DNA from: Octopus sinensis
Taxonomy: Eukaryota
Length of the DNA: 64,000 nucleotides
Direction of reading: 5' to 3'
NCBI RefSeq assembly: GCF_006345805.1
Contig: NC_043000.1
Span: 155,806,001 to 155,870,000 of the forward strand
Both the position numbers and the translations under genes were made by a program. Shown here piece by piece: positions 37,047 through 51,157 of this stretch. Position 1 is the stretch's first letter. Each line of letters begins with the position of its first letter. The notes beneath the pieces are model-generated. The model saw nothing but the letters and a program-made list of their open reading frames with translations, searched no databases and was not told the origin of the DNA.

Positions 37047-38732
37047 TACTGTAAAAACCCTTGTAATTTACACACTTTTTCACAAAAATAAAAAATAAAC
37101 TCTATGGGGTGTGTAAATTACATGAGTAGATCATTCCACAATTTTTCTTTTTTTTTGGTGGGGGGGGGGGGGGAATTCTTTTTGTTGTAAAAACATAAAC
37201 ATTCATACCAGAAGTTGATTCATTCAATGTCAGAATAGGTTTTTACAGAAAAAATAGTGACTTAAATATATAATGAAGCTGAGCAGTATAATGCTTACAT
37301 TTTCTGTATAAATTTACTAAAACCATTAACTGGTTAACTACTTGTTGAAGTCTGATGTCCATGCTGGTAAAACACAGTCTGGGCCATATTTTACATTGCT
37401 CGCAGTTTCTACCTATCGCAATGAAGCACCATTGACATACATAATGATACGGATACTTCTGACTGAAAAAAATGTAATGCTATGGATAATCTTGATTGTA
37501 TGTTTTTATTTTTGTCTGTTTATTACTAGGCACAGTTTTAAGTTTGCCGTACTGTTTATGCCAATTTCAAACATTAGCTTTATTAAAATGCCTTCTTGCA
37601 GCTCTACTGCCATGTTCAAATGTATACTCTTTTACTCTTTTACTTGTTTCAGTCATTTGACTGCGGCCATGCTGGAGCACCGCCTTTAGTCGAGCAAATC
37701 GACCCCGGGACTTATTATTTGTGAGCCCAGTACTTATTCTATCGGTCTCTTTTGCCAAACCGCTAAGTGACGGGGACGTAAACACACCAGCATCGGTTGT
37801 CAAGTAATACTAGGGGGACAAACACAGACACACAAACACACACATATATATATATACATATATACGACAGGCATCTTTCAGTTTCCGTCTACCAAATCCA
37901 CTCACAAGGCATTGGTCGGCCCGGGGCTATAGCAGAAGACACTTGCCCAAGATGCCACGCAGTGGGACTGAACCCGGAACCATGTGGTTGGTAAGCAAGC
38001 TACTTACCACACAGCCACTCCTGCGCCTAGTATATTCAACATATTTAATTTCTCCTTCACAGTAAATGATTCATAAGTTCTACCCACACTGACAATAACA
38101 GTAATGACAAATTTTAAAGTTTGCTTGACATTTTATAAGTGTGAAAGGGATTAAAATTTCGATACTCCATATCAAAGGTTCTGACAAGAATAGGCGGAAA
38201 AGAATTCTGTTTACATAATCAGTTTGATCGGTCACCTTCCTCTGTCGGTTGAGTAAAGTGTCATCCAAGCTGATGTTTATTGGTAATTAAACTTAATTTG
38301 CAACACCTGTGCGTATTTATCAGCTTTGTTTTTGTTGGTAATTCTTATCAACAACTTTTCCTGTGATCATGATTGGAGAAGACATACAGCAGTATGCTAA
38401 AGATCCGACATAAACTCTTGTGGCCAAGAAATGTAAAATAAAGTTTATTAGAAACAACACAAACACTTTGTGATTTAATAGCTTTCAATGTAATACCTGT
38501 TAAACAGAAATTATTGTTATTTAATGAAAATTTAATAAAATCTAATCATAAGTAAGTAAAATTATGCTAAATACAACTAAATTGAAAACCTTTTTCGCCT
38601 GGCTATATAGGCAATTCTGAAAACTTTTGGGTGTGAATTTTACATGAGTAGAAGCCTTTTTTAATAAATTTTATCCTGAAAATCATCTGCATAAATTACA
38701 CAGGTGCGCAAATTACATGGGTTTTTATGGTA
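37047..38732. mobile_element. Tc1/pogo-type non-autonomous element
   Basis: TA-flanked imperfect TIRs TACTGTAAAAACCCTTGTAATTTACACAC vs (reverse complement) TACCATAAAAACCCATGTAATTTGCGCAC; contains SINE A 37625-38028. Confidence 0.6.
37625..38028 (-). mobile_element. SINE family A, full length, nested in a Tc1/pogo-type element
   Basis: Homologous to the other A copies. Confidence 0.88.
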
Positions 38733-39689
38733 TGTCTCTCTTTTGGCAGCTTCATCTGAAGATTCATTTCAGTTGGTAATTGGTGACCCACAAACATGAT
38801 CTATTATCTATTACCCTCTTTTTATGGAGGCTGGAGTTAGTACTAAATTTATGCTAAGCAAATAATTTATTTTTATCATAAGGATATTTTACTAGAATCA
38901 AAACAATGATGATGATAATGATGATGATGAGGGTGCAGTGCTGTGCTGATAACCAGCTGGTAGAAGATCTGCCTGGGGTTAAAATAGTAGTAACATGGAA
39001 CAGCCACTTTGATGTGGCGATTAACTTTACTGGTTAGTATGGTTACTACTCTGATCTCTTCTTGAGATTTTACAACTAGCTACTTTGCTTATCATTTAGT
39101 TTCCCCTTTAACATCAAGAAATTGAATGTATGCTCGGGAACAAAATCATGAATGATCAAGTGAATGATACCTCGTCCCCGCCCACTATGAACCCTTTGGC
39201 TTATCTTTACTTAAAATAAGCAATGAAGAAACCTCTTTTCTGATCCTCCTAACTAATTGTATCTGCTTAGTACCATGAGACCCCATCCCTTATTCAGTAC
39301 AATAGAGACAGTCCCCTTCCTAGCCATCTCTTTGCAACTATAATGGATAGTCAGGGAAAACTGCATCTGTTCCAGGAGAACCTCAACCAGTTGGTAAATA
39401 CTCTGCTCAGTTCAGTATTAGTTAAATAGCATATCTTACCTACACTAGGGAAAGATGGGATATCACAGAAGTACCAGAACCATGAACTGTATAGGAATTC
39501 ATATACTCCAAACAAACCCACCATACTTCTGTAAGACCGCCATATTTCTACCCTCCCCTTACTATGGGTACCCTAAACAGTATTGATCCCTGCTATGAGA
39601 CCTATGGAAAGACATTGACACAGATATGATATATGAAAGAAAATGTTGTATACAGTGCTCAGGTGCACTACAACTAAAAAAAAAAAGCC

Positions 39690-40560
39690 ACCAGGTGTAC
39701 TGTTGGTGGATTTCAAGAAGCATGGATGTTTTGAAGGATGTAGTGTCTTGACAGCCAACAACTGATGCAGGTAGTTTATTCCATGCTTCAACAATTCTGA
39801 GCGTGAAAAATGTTTCCGAAAGTCATATGTACTGTGTTGTTTTTTGATTTTGCGAGCATGTCCATGAGTGTTTGACACATGGAATTCAAAAAGGTGCCCA
39901 AGGTTTTTGGAAAGATGGTGGATAATCTTGTGGGTGTCTACCAAGTCAGTTGCCAGACATCTGAGCTTCAATGTGTCCGTGCCCAGGGAAGCAAGACATT
40001 CTGACTATGAAAGATACCTGACGGTGAGTATTTGTTTTGCTGCATGTTTCTGAAGTTTCCAGGAGAGGTATATGCTGAGTAAGATAGGGCTCCAGGCTGG
40101 TGATACAAATTCTAAGTGTGGATGTACCATTGTCATATACAGTTCTAAACAGATAGCTGGAGAGAGGCTGACAAAGGTCTTACTGAGTGATGCTAGGACA
40201 CCCTCAGCCTGTCCAACACAGATCACTGTTTACAATAATACCCAGATCATGTTTACTAGAAGACTTCTCGAGATTGGTGTTGCTGAGGGAGTATGTAAAG
40301 GCTGGGTTTTTCTTCCCAAAGTGCATGGTGCACTTGTCCACCGCTAGCACTTGAGTTGCCAGTCTGAGATTCATTGCTGCATTGTGTCCAGGTCTGGTTG
40401 CATGAAAGATCTATAGCACAGAGGATCTATTCTTTTTATTTCAAGATACAGCTTGATGTCATCTACATATTTCAACACTGTAACATCCCTCAAGTTTGCA
40501 TCTATGTCATTAATATATGCAACAATTGAAGGCAACCCTGCTAAAATGTTGGACAATTCA
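39690..40560 (-). mobile_element. CR1-like LINE 3' region
   Basis: YINDI..YVDDIKLY, HLEFVSPAWSP, DLVDTHKII...GHARKIKKQHS..DFRKHF motifs. Confidence 0.85.
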
Positions 40561-40690
40561 AAAATCTCCCTCAGAAAACAATAACCCAGCAAAAAAAAAA
40601 AAAAAATTCAGGTGTCATTCACAAGCAAATTTGACAAAGTTGACTTCAATGAAATTTGAATTCAAAATGCAAAGAAAAACTGCAATACAT

Positions 40691-41100
40691 AGGCGTAGGA
40701 GTGGCTGTGTGGTAAGTAGCTTGTCTACCAACCACATGGTTCCGGGTTCAGTTCCACTGCATGGCACCTTGGGCAAGTGTCTTCTACTATAGCCTCTGGC
40801 TGACCAAAGCCTTGTGAGTGGATTTGGTAGACGGAAACTGAAAGAAGCCCGTCGTATATATGTATATATATATATGCGTGCATGTGTTTGTGTGTCTGTG
40901 TTTGTCCCCCTAGCATTGCATGACAACCGATGCTGGTGTGTTTATGTCCCCGTTACTTAGCGGTTCGGCAAAAGAGACCGATAGAATAAGTACTGGGCTT
41001 ACAAAAGAATAAGTCCCGGGGTCAATTTGCTTGATTAAAAGGCGGTGCTCCAGCAGGGCCGCAGTCAAATGACTGAAACAAGTAAAAGAGTAAAAGAGTA
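40691..41100 (+). mobile_element. SINE family A, full length
   Basis: Homologous to the other A copies. Confidence 0.88.
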
Positions 41101-41418
41101 AGGGCTGATATAAAATTTGTATGACATAAAGAAGAGAAAGTAACTTATCTAGAAGAGTAACTTAGAATACATTTCTGCATAGGAGAGATGTGAACTCTAT
41201 CAGCTGCAGTGGAAATGGCCTATCTACGAGAGCAACAACTCTGAATAAAAATCAATGCAGTCTAACCAAACAGCTTCTCTATAGTACAAATGGCAAAATT
41301 AAATTCATTCAGTCTATGCTGTGAAGTAATAGAAAGGACATCCAGCTGTGAAAAACGGGCCTAAAACACATCAGTCAAATCAAACTTAAACTCAAATTAC
41401 ATCTACAGAATTGATACA

Positions 41419-41812
41419 TCTCTATATATATATAAAGCTAAAGTTGTTTGTGTATGGCAGGTTTGGTAGCCTTCAACTAACACTATTTCCTCCGAGACCG
41501 CGTGGTGCAAGTTGACCAAAATTGAGAGTATGATAGAAGAACGCTTGCTCTTCCTTCCGTAGAAGAAAAAATTCAAATCGGACCATGTTAACACCAAAAA
41601 TTATTTACATCAAAAAGGTGCTTTTTTTCTATGAAAATCCCTATTTTTTATAATTTTTTGACTGCTGTGTCGCCATTTTTCGGTGTATTTCAACCAGAAA
41701 AATATTCACTTAAAGAGAATAACAAGCTACATAATGCACAATTTTTACTTTTCAAAAATTCCAATTCTAAAGGGTTGAAACAAACCCAAGCAACACCAGG
41801 CGATACTGCTAG
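41419..41812 (+). mobile_element. Non-autonomous Helitron, subtype H1
   Basis: A|TC...cccaagcaacaccaggcgatactgCTAG|T; no TSD. Confidence 0.82.
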
Positions 41813-42277
41813 TACAAAGATAATTCTGTGCATGGTAGATAGATAGACCGTTAGGAATATCTGATCATGTCTGAGAACCTCTCAAACATAAAATTATATC
41901 AACAGCTCTCTTCCTTTTAGATACAGAAAATGAATATCAAACAGTCAAAACTCCACCAGAAAATCTTTACTGTTAGAGACTAAACGTTGATAAGATGAAA
42001 GTGAAATCAAGAGAGATTGTAACAATTCTCAAACAATGGCAGGTAGACACAAGTAGTATTCATGAGGGAATATGGAAAGGAATCTCTCAGCCAGACTTCC
42101 CATGAACTGGAAGAACATGAACATTTTTCTGGGAAGGTAACACATCTGGAATTGGTGAAGTAGGCATATTTTTGACAGAAAAATGGATAAAATGATTGAA
42201 GTATTCAGAGTGGTTAACAGAATAATTAATCTTAGACTAGTCATAAGCAAGACTTCAGTGATCTTTGTATATGCACT

Positions 42278-42666
42278 GTGGAGGCGCAATGGCCCAGTGG
42301 TCAGGGCAGCGGACTTGCAGTCGTAGGATCGCGGTTTCGATTCCCAGACCGGGCGTTGTGAGTGTTTATTGAGCGAAAACACCTAAAAAAGCTCCACGAG
42401 GCTCTGGCAGGAGATGGTGGTGATCCCTGCTGTACTCTTTCACCACAACTTTCTCTCACTCTTACTTCCTGTTTCTGTTGTACCTGTATTTCGAAGGGCC
42501 GGCCTTGTCAATCTCTGTGTCATGCTGAATATCCCCGAGAACTACATTAAGGGTACACATGTCTGTGGAGTGCTCAGCCACTTACACGTTAATTTCACGA
42601 GCAGGCTGTTCCGTTGATCGGATCAACCGGAACCCTCGTCGTCGTAACCGACGGAGTGCTTCCTCC
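42278..42666 (+). mobile_element. tRNA-derived SINE, family O
   Basis: Near-identical to 2887-3270; 11-bp TSD tgtatatgcac; inserted in an RTE endonuclease remnant. Confidence 0.88.
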
Positions 42667-42967
42667 TGTATATGCACCACATTCAGGAATGACAGATGAG
42701 CAAAAGACCATTTCTATGGTAACATCTTTCAGAACACCTCAATAACAGATGATAGCAACTTGGCTATCATGGACGGTGCCTTTAATGGACATGTTGGAAA
42801 ACATGGCAATGGCTATTCTGATGTACACACTATGGCTATGTTACACTAAATGTAAAAGGTTCGACATTCTTGGGGTGTTATGTGTATGTAATGATAGTCA
42901 ATTACTTGCTAATGCCTTGAAAAAAGAGACTTGGAAATACTACAAGATGCTGATGAATAAGGACAAT

Positions 42968-43228
42968 CATCATCATCGTTTAAACGTCCGTTTTCCGCGC
43001 TAGCACGGGTTGGACGGTTCGACCGGGGTCTGGGAAGCCAGGGGCTGCACCAGGCTCCAGTCTGAACTGGCAGAGTTTCTACAGCTGGATGCCCTTCCTA
43101 ACGCCAACCACTCCGCGAGTGTAGTGGGTGCTTATTACATGCCACCTGCACAGGTGCCAGGCGAGGCTGGCAACGGCCACGGTCGGATTGGTGCATTTTA
43201 CGTGCCACCAGCACGGAAGCCAGTCAAG
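42968..43228 (-). mobile_element. Repeat family B
   Basis: Reverse conserved block with subrepeats. Confidence 0.8.
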
Positions 43229-45053
43229 AAGAATTACAGTAACGCCAATGTCTGTTGACCAGTCTATGGTTAAAAGAGCTATTGAGGATGTGAAGAATGT
43301 AGATGGTGAAAATAATTAGTGTAGCACTGGGAGGTGTTATCTTTAATGAATGGCAAAGCAGTATCATTAACTGTTACATTAGCAAAAATGATGCTCATGA
43401 AAATTTGTAATAACAGAAATATCAAATTAATGGAGCAAGTTGTGAAAGTAACAGGAAAAGTAAGAACATGGCTAATTAGGAAGTAAATAAGCTTAGACAA
43501 AATGCAGTTAGAACTGTCCCAGGATGTGACAATAATAATGTCTTCTTCATGTGACAATTGGGCAACTAAAGGAGAAAATCTTAGCAGAGAGTCAGCCTCT
43601 AAAACTAGCATTTATTGACCTGGAGAAGACTTTTGATAAGGTTCTATGCTCTGTGGTTGTGGGACACTAAAAAAACCAGTGTAAAAGAATGGCTTGTGAA
43701 AGTCAGGCGAGCTATGTACAAAGGTGCCAGAAGCAAGGTGTGAATTAGAAATTAGTTCAATAAAGAATTTATCAGATAACTATTTTTTCAGCACTTCGTT
43801 TATTCCACAATTCTCCAAGCTGTAAATAGAGGATTTCAAAACAGGTCATCTGTGAAAACTTTTCTATGCTGACAATCTAGTTCCCATAGTCAGGTCAGTC
43901 AAAGAGTTTGAGGAAAAGTTCCAAACATGGAAGCAGAGCCTAGATTCCAAAAGTATAAAAGTGAACTTTATCAAGTCTTAACACAGAGGAATACATTCTT
44001 CTGCAATCGAGAAAGTGGCTACTCTTGATATGCCAAAAAGTATATCTTCTACACTGGGTATCCAATGTAAACTATATGTTCATGAGAGATAGAGTGAGAT
44101 GACAGGCAAGCTGACGGAAATAATTCCATATGCAGGTAACACAAAAGAGTAGTTAGCACCATGAAATTAATTCTTTCAAAGGCAGAAATATTTTATAGCT
44201 TCTGTTATCTTGGTGACATAATCAACAGGTGAGATGGGTGTTGTGAAAGTATTGTAGCCAGAATAAGAATGGAAGGAAGCAGTTCAGAGAGCCTCTGCTG
44301 GCGGCAACAAAAGGACTCTCTCTTTCTCTGAGTGAAGAGTAGGCTTAATAATGCTTGAGTATAAAGTGTGACAATAGATGGGAGTGAAACACAGAATTGT
44401 ACACGAAGGATGTGTAAAGGCTGGAAAGAAACACATGAACAATAAAGCATAAACAAACAAGAGGAAAACAGGTTGTAAGAGGAATCAGATAGAGAGAGCA
44501 GAAAAGAAGAACAAGCTAGTAGAAACATGTGTGCAAGAGAGTGGGCTGCACTGGTATGGATACTTGATACATATGAAGGATAATAATTGGGTAAAGAAAA
44601 CCGAACTATCCAGCTGGAAGAAACTTATGTGCGAGGAAGACCAAAAAATATACAAGAGATGATGAAAGTTGATGTCAGAAAGCTTGGTCCTTACAGAAGA
44701 AACCTCAACAAGTGATGAGGCACAGTGTTAGACAAGATGTATTTAATCAATGTAGGTATGGAAAAACAGTCACAAAATGCTGATGATGTTGATGAAGATG
44801 ATAGCTGGCATGCTCCTTTGTCAAAACTTTAACTAACCTTTCGTACTTTGCATAAGTACTTTATAAAATATATTATCATTTCAAAGTTTTCTTCAAAAAG
44901 TTTGATTTCTCCACATTCAATATTTAGCCATGTCCTGAGCATTTGCTTTCCTCTTGTTATTAATATTCATGTGCTGAACAGCTGTTTCCCCACTGTTAAT
45001 TAACACAGGATATTATGTCTATCAGCAGTTAAATAATGTTTTGCCATACTAAG

Positions 45054-45281
45054 ATAACCCTTTCATTACCAACCTGGCTGAAACTGGCTCTGGCTCTGTG
45101 GTACAAATGTCTGTTTTTATAAGTTTTGAATTAAAATCTTTCACCAAACCTTAATCACAATTTATGTTCCTAACACTAGCTTAATAATAACAAAGTTAGT
45201 TTACTAAAGTATTTGTTATATTTAGAGTAATTGAAAGAAATACAGAGCATCTCAAAATAAATACAGTAACGAAAGGGTTAA
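45054..45281 (+). mobile_element. piggyBac-type MITE, family P1
   Basis: Same internal sequence; left target site mutated to ATAA, right TTAA. Confidence 0.85.
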
Positions 45282-45625
45282 CACAGCAACAACAATCCAG
45301 CCGTTTGCTTCTACTTTTCACACTAAGTGTTGCCAAAAATGGTTTGAGGAAAATAAGCAACAGCAACAACACCAACACCAACAATAGAACCAATGTGAGC
45401 CAATACATATAGTCATTCAATCTATAGAAATAGCAGCGAAGTACCATCAAATCAAACCTACCATCTTAGAATACATTATGTCTAAGTAAAAAAAAAAAAT
45501 CAAGACCAGACACCTTTGGCTATCAATATGCTCAATCAAGGCTAACCTTTTTTTATTTTATTTTATTTTATCTAGTTTCAGCTCACGGGCTGTGGTCATG
45601 CTGGGGCGCTGCAACATTTTTCTTT

Positions 45626-45783
45626 ATTAAGTCGATTACATCGACCCCAGTGCATAACTGGTACTTTATTTATCGACCCCGAAAGGACGAAAGGCGAAGT
45701 CGACCTCGGCGGAATTTGAACTCAGAACGTAACGATAAGCATTTCGCCCGGCGCGCTAACGTTTCTGCCAGCTCGCCACCTTA
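45626..45783 (-). mobile_element. SINE family C
   Basis: Head and core close to the 32469 copy. Confidence 0.8.
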
Positions 45784-46424
45784 TTAAACAACAATGAAAC
45801 ATGATATGGTTTATTCAAAATCTGATAGGGGTCTTAGTATTTTTAATATTTCATTCTAATGACAGAATTAACAGACAAAACTTATATGAAAAATCCTAAA
45901 AAGGAAAACATTTTACATATTTAAGATGAAATTCAGAGACAGAAAGAGAGAAGGGAGAACAGATTTACTAGGACAGACTTTACTGCCGTTGCTATTTTTG
46001 TTATGTAATCCCTTGGTCTGTTTGTGACAAAATGAAACTGAACTAATCTACATATTGAATATACTACAATGTTTCAAACAAAGAGAGACATAGTTTTGTC
46101 ATCAAAATTAAGATGAAGTCAGCAATGTCTACATGAGAAAAAAATTAATGCAATCAAAATATAAATATGGAAAAAAAAATGAGAAGTTTAAGTGTAAGTG
46201 ATTTCAATAATTATGACATGAAGTTTCCAGAAAATGTCACTGGCACCAACCAACCATAACATTCACATAAAAAATTTATTAGATGATGTGTTATCAGATC
46301 AAGACATCTTTGGTTTTATCAAATTCTAAGTGATTTATCTGACTTGATATTAAACTCAACAGATGTTGTGGATCTAACATCACACAAGGCACATCAGTTG
46401 ACATGCACAAGTCAAAAAGCAGGT

Positions 46425-46652
46425 TTAACCCTTTCGTTACCAACCCGGCTGAAACCGGCTCTGGCTCTGAGTACAAATGTCTTGTTTTCATAAGTTTTGA
46501 ATTAAAATCTTCCATCAAACCTTAGTCACAATTTATGTTCCTAACACTAGCTGAATGATAACTAGGTTATTTTACTAAATTCTTTTCTATATTTAAAGTA
46601 ATTGAAAGAAACACAGAGCATCTCAAAATAAATACAGTAACGAAAGGGTTAA
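46425..46652 (+). mobile_element. piggyBac-type MITE, family P1
   Basis: TTAACCCTTTCGTTAC...GTAACGAAAGGGTTAA, perfect terminal inverted repeats. Confidence 0.9.
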
Positions 46653-47785
46653 CAATACATCTATGTACAGACACTTGATAACCTTTCATGATGATTTTTA
46701 TCATCACCAAACTAAAAGTTCATCATAAATATCTTCACGTTATCCTCTTTCTGGCAAACAACCTGTAGTTAAATGGAAATACAATCTAATATATTAGGAA
46801 AAAAACACCTTTTACTAGTTTAAATAAAATTAAATAGGGTTAATGACACAGCCTGTTCAGTCCTAGGCTACTAACAAGGATCTCTTTGAAGATATTCAAT
46901 GTTACTTAAAACTTACATAAAATGAGGCACAGGTCTTCAGTTTTATTTGCAAGTGAGAGGTGTCAACTAGCACAATTAGACATAAGGACCTTTTACAGTA
47001 AAAACTTGTACAGAGGTACCGGTGCAACAACCACTGCCACCACTATTTTGCATCCAATTTTCTATGCTTGTTTGCTCTTTTCTATTTCAGCATCTTACCA
47101 CCTGTTGCAGTTCTTTGTCATCTCCTTCATCAAGTTCAGACTCTTGAGATTAGCCTTCAGTAATTTTTCCCATGTCTTCCTTTACCTCCTCTTCTGCAGG
47201 TTCCTCCTCTTCTGCAAGTTCAACTGTCCTACCCTTGCTTGCATAGAAGATGGACGTTAAACGACGACAACAACAATGATGATCATCTCCCTCAAATCAA
47301 ACCCAACCATCTTAAAACAGATACACTGCAGTTTTGAATACATAAAGCCTAAAAGAATGATTAAACAATCACAGTTGGCACACCTTTAATCACAGGTGCA
47401 CAGTCAGAACTGATTAGGATCTAAATAACAACAAATTAATTACTTTCATCGTTCATATTTGAACTGAGGATACTTAACTTTTTAGCATTCAAATTAACCA
47501 AATACGGCCACTGTAAAGACACTACTATTTATGCAAACTCAATACACCTGGTCTTGTAGATACTACCTTTTCAGAGGAGAAAATTCATTTGTTTCAACCT
47601 AATATGAATTGTATGAAAATATTCCATCCTAACCCAATTGATATTATGAATACTAAATGTTTAAATCACAGGTGAACTTAGAATGATGGAAATGATTGAT
47701 GAAATACAGACATGTTTCTTTCTTCTTTCTGAAACTCATGCTTATTAATTCTAGTATTACTTTTTACTGATAATCTAAGCGATTA

Positions 47786-48163
47786 TCTCTCTATATATAA
47801 ACGGCAGTTTGTCTGTGCGTGTTTCTGTGTGTCTGTTTGCTTGTACCCTCACCCTGACCACGGCTTTCAACCGATTCTGATGAAACTTGACACACACATA
47901 GCCCAATGTCATAATTCAAAACTAACGCAGCGAAAATTTTTAAAAGTTCCCCCAGTTCTGAAAAAAATCGATAAATTCAACATGGGGTCGAGAATCAGAA
48001 ACACAAACCGCAAACTGTCTAGGGGACGCAACTCCACCTTTTTAACTAAAAAAAAATTTACCATATTTTTTTCCATTTTTTTGCTATTTTTGGCTATAAC
48101 TCTCTAAAAATGTTTTATAGTTATTTCCTTACAAACCTGAGCAACGCCGGGCGATACTGCTAG
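47786..48163 (+). mobile_element. Non-autonomous Helitron, subtype H3
   Basis: A|TC start, same 3' terminus, CTAG|T at 48160-48164. Confidence 0.82.
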
Positions 48164-48614
48164 TTTATTCATAATTTAAAGGAAGCATTTTTGATTTCTT
48201 TTATTTTTTTATTCTCCTCATGTTATGACGATGTACAGTTCAAAGTTAAAAGAAAGTGTTTAGGAAATGAAATCATTGTGCCAAGTAGCAATATAGCAAT
48301 GATATCTTAAACCAAACCAAACAATGTTTGCAAAAACATCTGACCAATACCTGCACAAACAGCTGAGAAATGAAGATTACTAATAATTATTATCAAATAC
48401 AAAAGATTAAAAACAAAATCCACACCTGAAACAACCCTGCATGATTATTAGGCATGCTAGAATTACTGAAAAGAAGGGAATTTTGAAAATAAAATCCTGA
48501 ATCAATGTGAATAAAAGATAGGATGGTAATGACTAGGAAACCCTTTTCATTATATTTCTGCTCAAACAGAGATGGCCTGGAGTTAAAGAACAAAAAAATC
48601 TGCTAAGAACTCAC

Positions 48615-48785
48615 CAAGTAGACTAATTCCTAGACCACTTAGTCCTTGTTTGAGACCATCAGATAAACCAGTTGGGCGAATTCTTCGATTTTCTTCCTGC
48701 CGTTCTAGATGACCAGCATCTAGTGAGAGGCGGTCCATATTTCGAGATACACTGGATGCAAAGTTTGTTATAGAGGTGAGTGTAC
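48615..48785 (-). CDS. VPS13B: VPS13B coding exon, GTLTSITNFASSVSRNMDRLSLD...GLKQGLSGLGISLL
   Basis: ttctttag acceptor, gtgagt donor; 171 nt, phase 1 to 1; the TLTSITN..S..RNMDRLSLD motif is characteristic of VPS13B. Confidence 0.96.
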
Positions 48786-49472
48786 CTAAAGAAAAATATA
48801 AATAAGCATGTAAGTTCAAAGCTTTCCTTAAATAAATCAAATTTAATAAAAGTGTTTAGAAATCATATCACAAAGTCATTTTAATCAATATTTTATTTGC
48901 TTCATCAAACTAAAATAAATAAAATCAATTTGCATTAGGAAAGGTGTCCTGCCGTAGAAACCATACCAAATCAGACTGGAACTTGGTGTAGCTTTCCCGC
49001 TTACCAGTTTCAATCAAACTGTCTCACCCATGCTAGCAAAGAAAGCAGACACTAAATGATGATGATGAATTTTGAAGATGTTTTGATAGCAGAAGATTCC
49101 ATCAAAAGATGTTTAGTTTTACGAACCCCTTTGGTACCAAACTGCCCAAGACAGCTCCTGGATTTCTGATACACTCTTCCTACCTTAATGTGAACTAAAT
49201 TAAAACCTTCCATAAAAATTTTATGCCAATTAATGTACCAAACTCCAGTATAATAATGATAAAGTTATTTTACTAAATTCTTCATTATTACCAAAATTAT
49301 TTAACACAAAGGTAGTGTATTTCAACAGGATAAATCAAAAGAAATGCACTAAGACAAGAGTTGTGGAATTTACCCATTCTTAAAAACATAAATGATATGA
49401 ATAATGTCAGATTAAGAATCAAAACCAGGTTATAAATCCTACTCCCCAGAAGTTCAGTTTCTAATCTACATT

Positions 49473-49700
49473 GCACGTTAAAAGCACCAACTGATCGTGG
49501 CCGCTTCCAGACTCCCCTGGCACGTAAAAAGCACCCACTACACTTGCAGAGTGGCTGGCGTTAGGAAGGGCATCCAGCTGTAGAAACACTGCCAGATCAG
49601 ACTGGAGCCTGATGCAGCCTCCTGGCTTCCCAGACCCCGGTCGAACCGTCCAACCCATGCTAGAGCGGAAAATGGACGTTAAACGATGATTATGATGATT
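49473..49700 (+). mobile_element. Repeat family B (another fragment at 48935-49068)
   Basis: Conserved block and tail. Confidence 0.8.
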
Positions 49701-50864
49701 GCTTCCAAGGATACATATAGACAATACAGAAAATGTATATCAACTGAATAAGGAGTGTGCATCCATCCAGTCTAACAGACCAGCTTCACATGGGCAGTTT
49801 TGCACAAATGGCTCTTCTGTTTCTACTTTCTCAATGTAGTAGTAAAATGTTTCTCCAAAAATGTGATACCTTCTCTAAAATGGCAACAATAATGTTTCCT
49901 GACAAGGAATACACAGCCACTGGTAGAATGCTGATCAAACGTTGTTGCTTGATTAAAATAATATACCAAATATGTTTGATGTCTTATATCTGCATACTTG
50001 GGAAGCTGGACTAGGCTACCTCTGTACTATTGGTTTAATCTAGTAGAGTAAACCAGAACTACCTAGCAACAATAACATCAACAAAGACAAACCAACAGAG
50101 GAAACCGCTTATGAGGGATCACTCAAACTTTTAGAAACAGTAGGCAAATCTCCCTTAAATCACACCACAAAATCTTTAAAAAGTAAGCATTAATTAGACA
50201 ATAGTCTTAGGTACTTCTATAAAGACAGGATAGTCACAAATGGAATGTCTTTCATTGTGTCTACTAGATCAGGGTAACAACAATAACAACTTCAAAGAGA
50301 AACTTGAAAGCCTTCCATATTGTCATATGAAACCATGGATCTGCATCTGGAAAGATCCTTTCCAAAGCGCAGGCATAATTTTTTTTTCTCTAAGGAAGAC
50401 TACCAGTTGCTCATGTATACAAGCCTTCTCTTTCCATGCCACTGATGCTGTCCGAAAGAAAGGGCAAGGGCTGATACTGTTTGGCATCAGTGCTGTCACA
50501 GGTGTTGCTCTCAGAGCACAGAGCCAGAGCAAACACCTCATCCAACACTCTAGCAATTTCACACATCCTCAGCTCTCAGCAGATACTTCATTTACTGGCA
50601 CCCTGCCACCACAACCACGACCACCACCACAGAAAAGATGAACGGCAAAGATAAAATTTTATCTCAGAGCATAAAATGCCAGAACAACTCTGCTAACTGG
50701 TAAAGCAACATGACTCTATTCATAATGCATAAACGTATAATAAATGAGGCATGGTAGAAACATATGAGATCATTAGATGCATGATATTTTATAACATAGA
50801 TATTATTTATTGTTAATTATTATGATCGAGTTAAAGTGATGTTAGGAAAGCATCATGAACAATT

Positions 50865-51157
50865 AGCTCACCTGGCCTCCATGCCGGTGGCACATAAAAA
50901 GCACCATCCGACCGTGGCCGTTTGCCAGCCTCGCCTGGCCTCCATGCCGGTGGCTCGTAAAAAGCACCATCCGACCGTGGCCGTTTGCCAGCCTCGTCTG
51001 GCATGTAAAAAGCACCCACTACACTCATGGAGTGGTTGGCATTAGGAAGGGCATCCAGCCGTAGAAACATTGCAAGATCAGACTGGGCCTGGTGCAGCCT
51101 TCTGGCTTCCCAGACCCCAGTTGCACCGTCCAACCCATGCCAGCATGGAAAGCGGAC
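50865..51157 (+). mobile_element. Repeat family B
   Basis: Two clear subrepeats plus the conserved block. Confidence 0.8.

Larger units (their letters stand above)
42060..44780 (+). mobile_element. Degenerate RTE LINE (endonuclease to RT), interrupted by SINE O and repeat B
   Basis: VGIFL.EKW / VYAP endonuclease motifs; AFIDLEKTFDKV, LFYADNL, RWYGY motifs with frameshifts. Confidence 0.75.

Noticed and set aside
723-46652. All four P1 MITEs in the same orientation, and a possible LINE strand bias in the gene
   Set aside because: Four copies agree by chance one time in eight, and LINE fragments occur on both strands.
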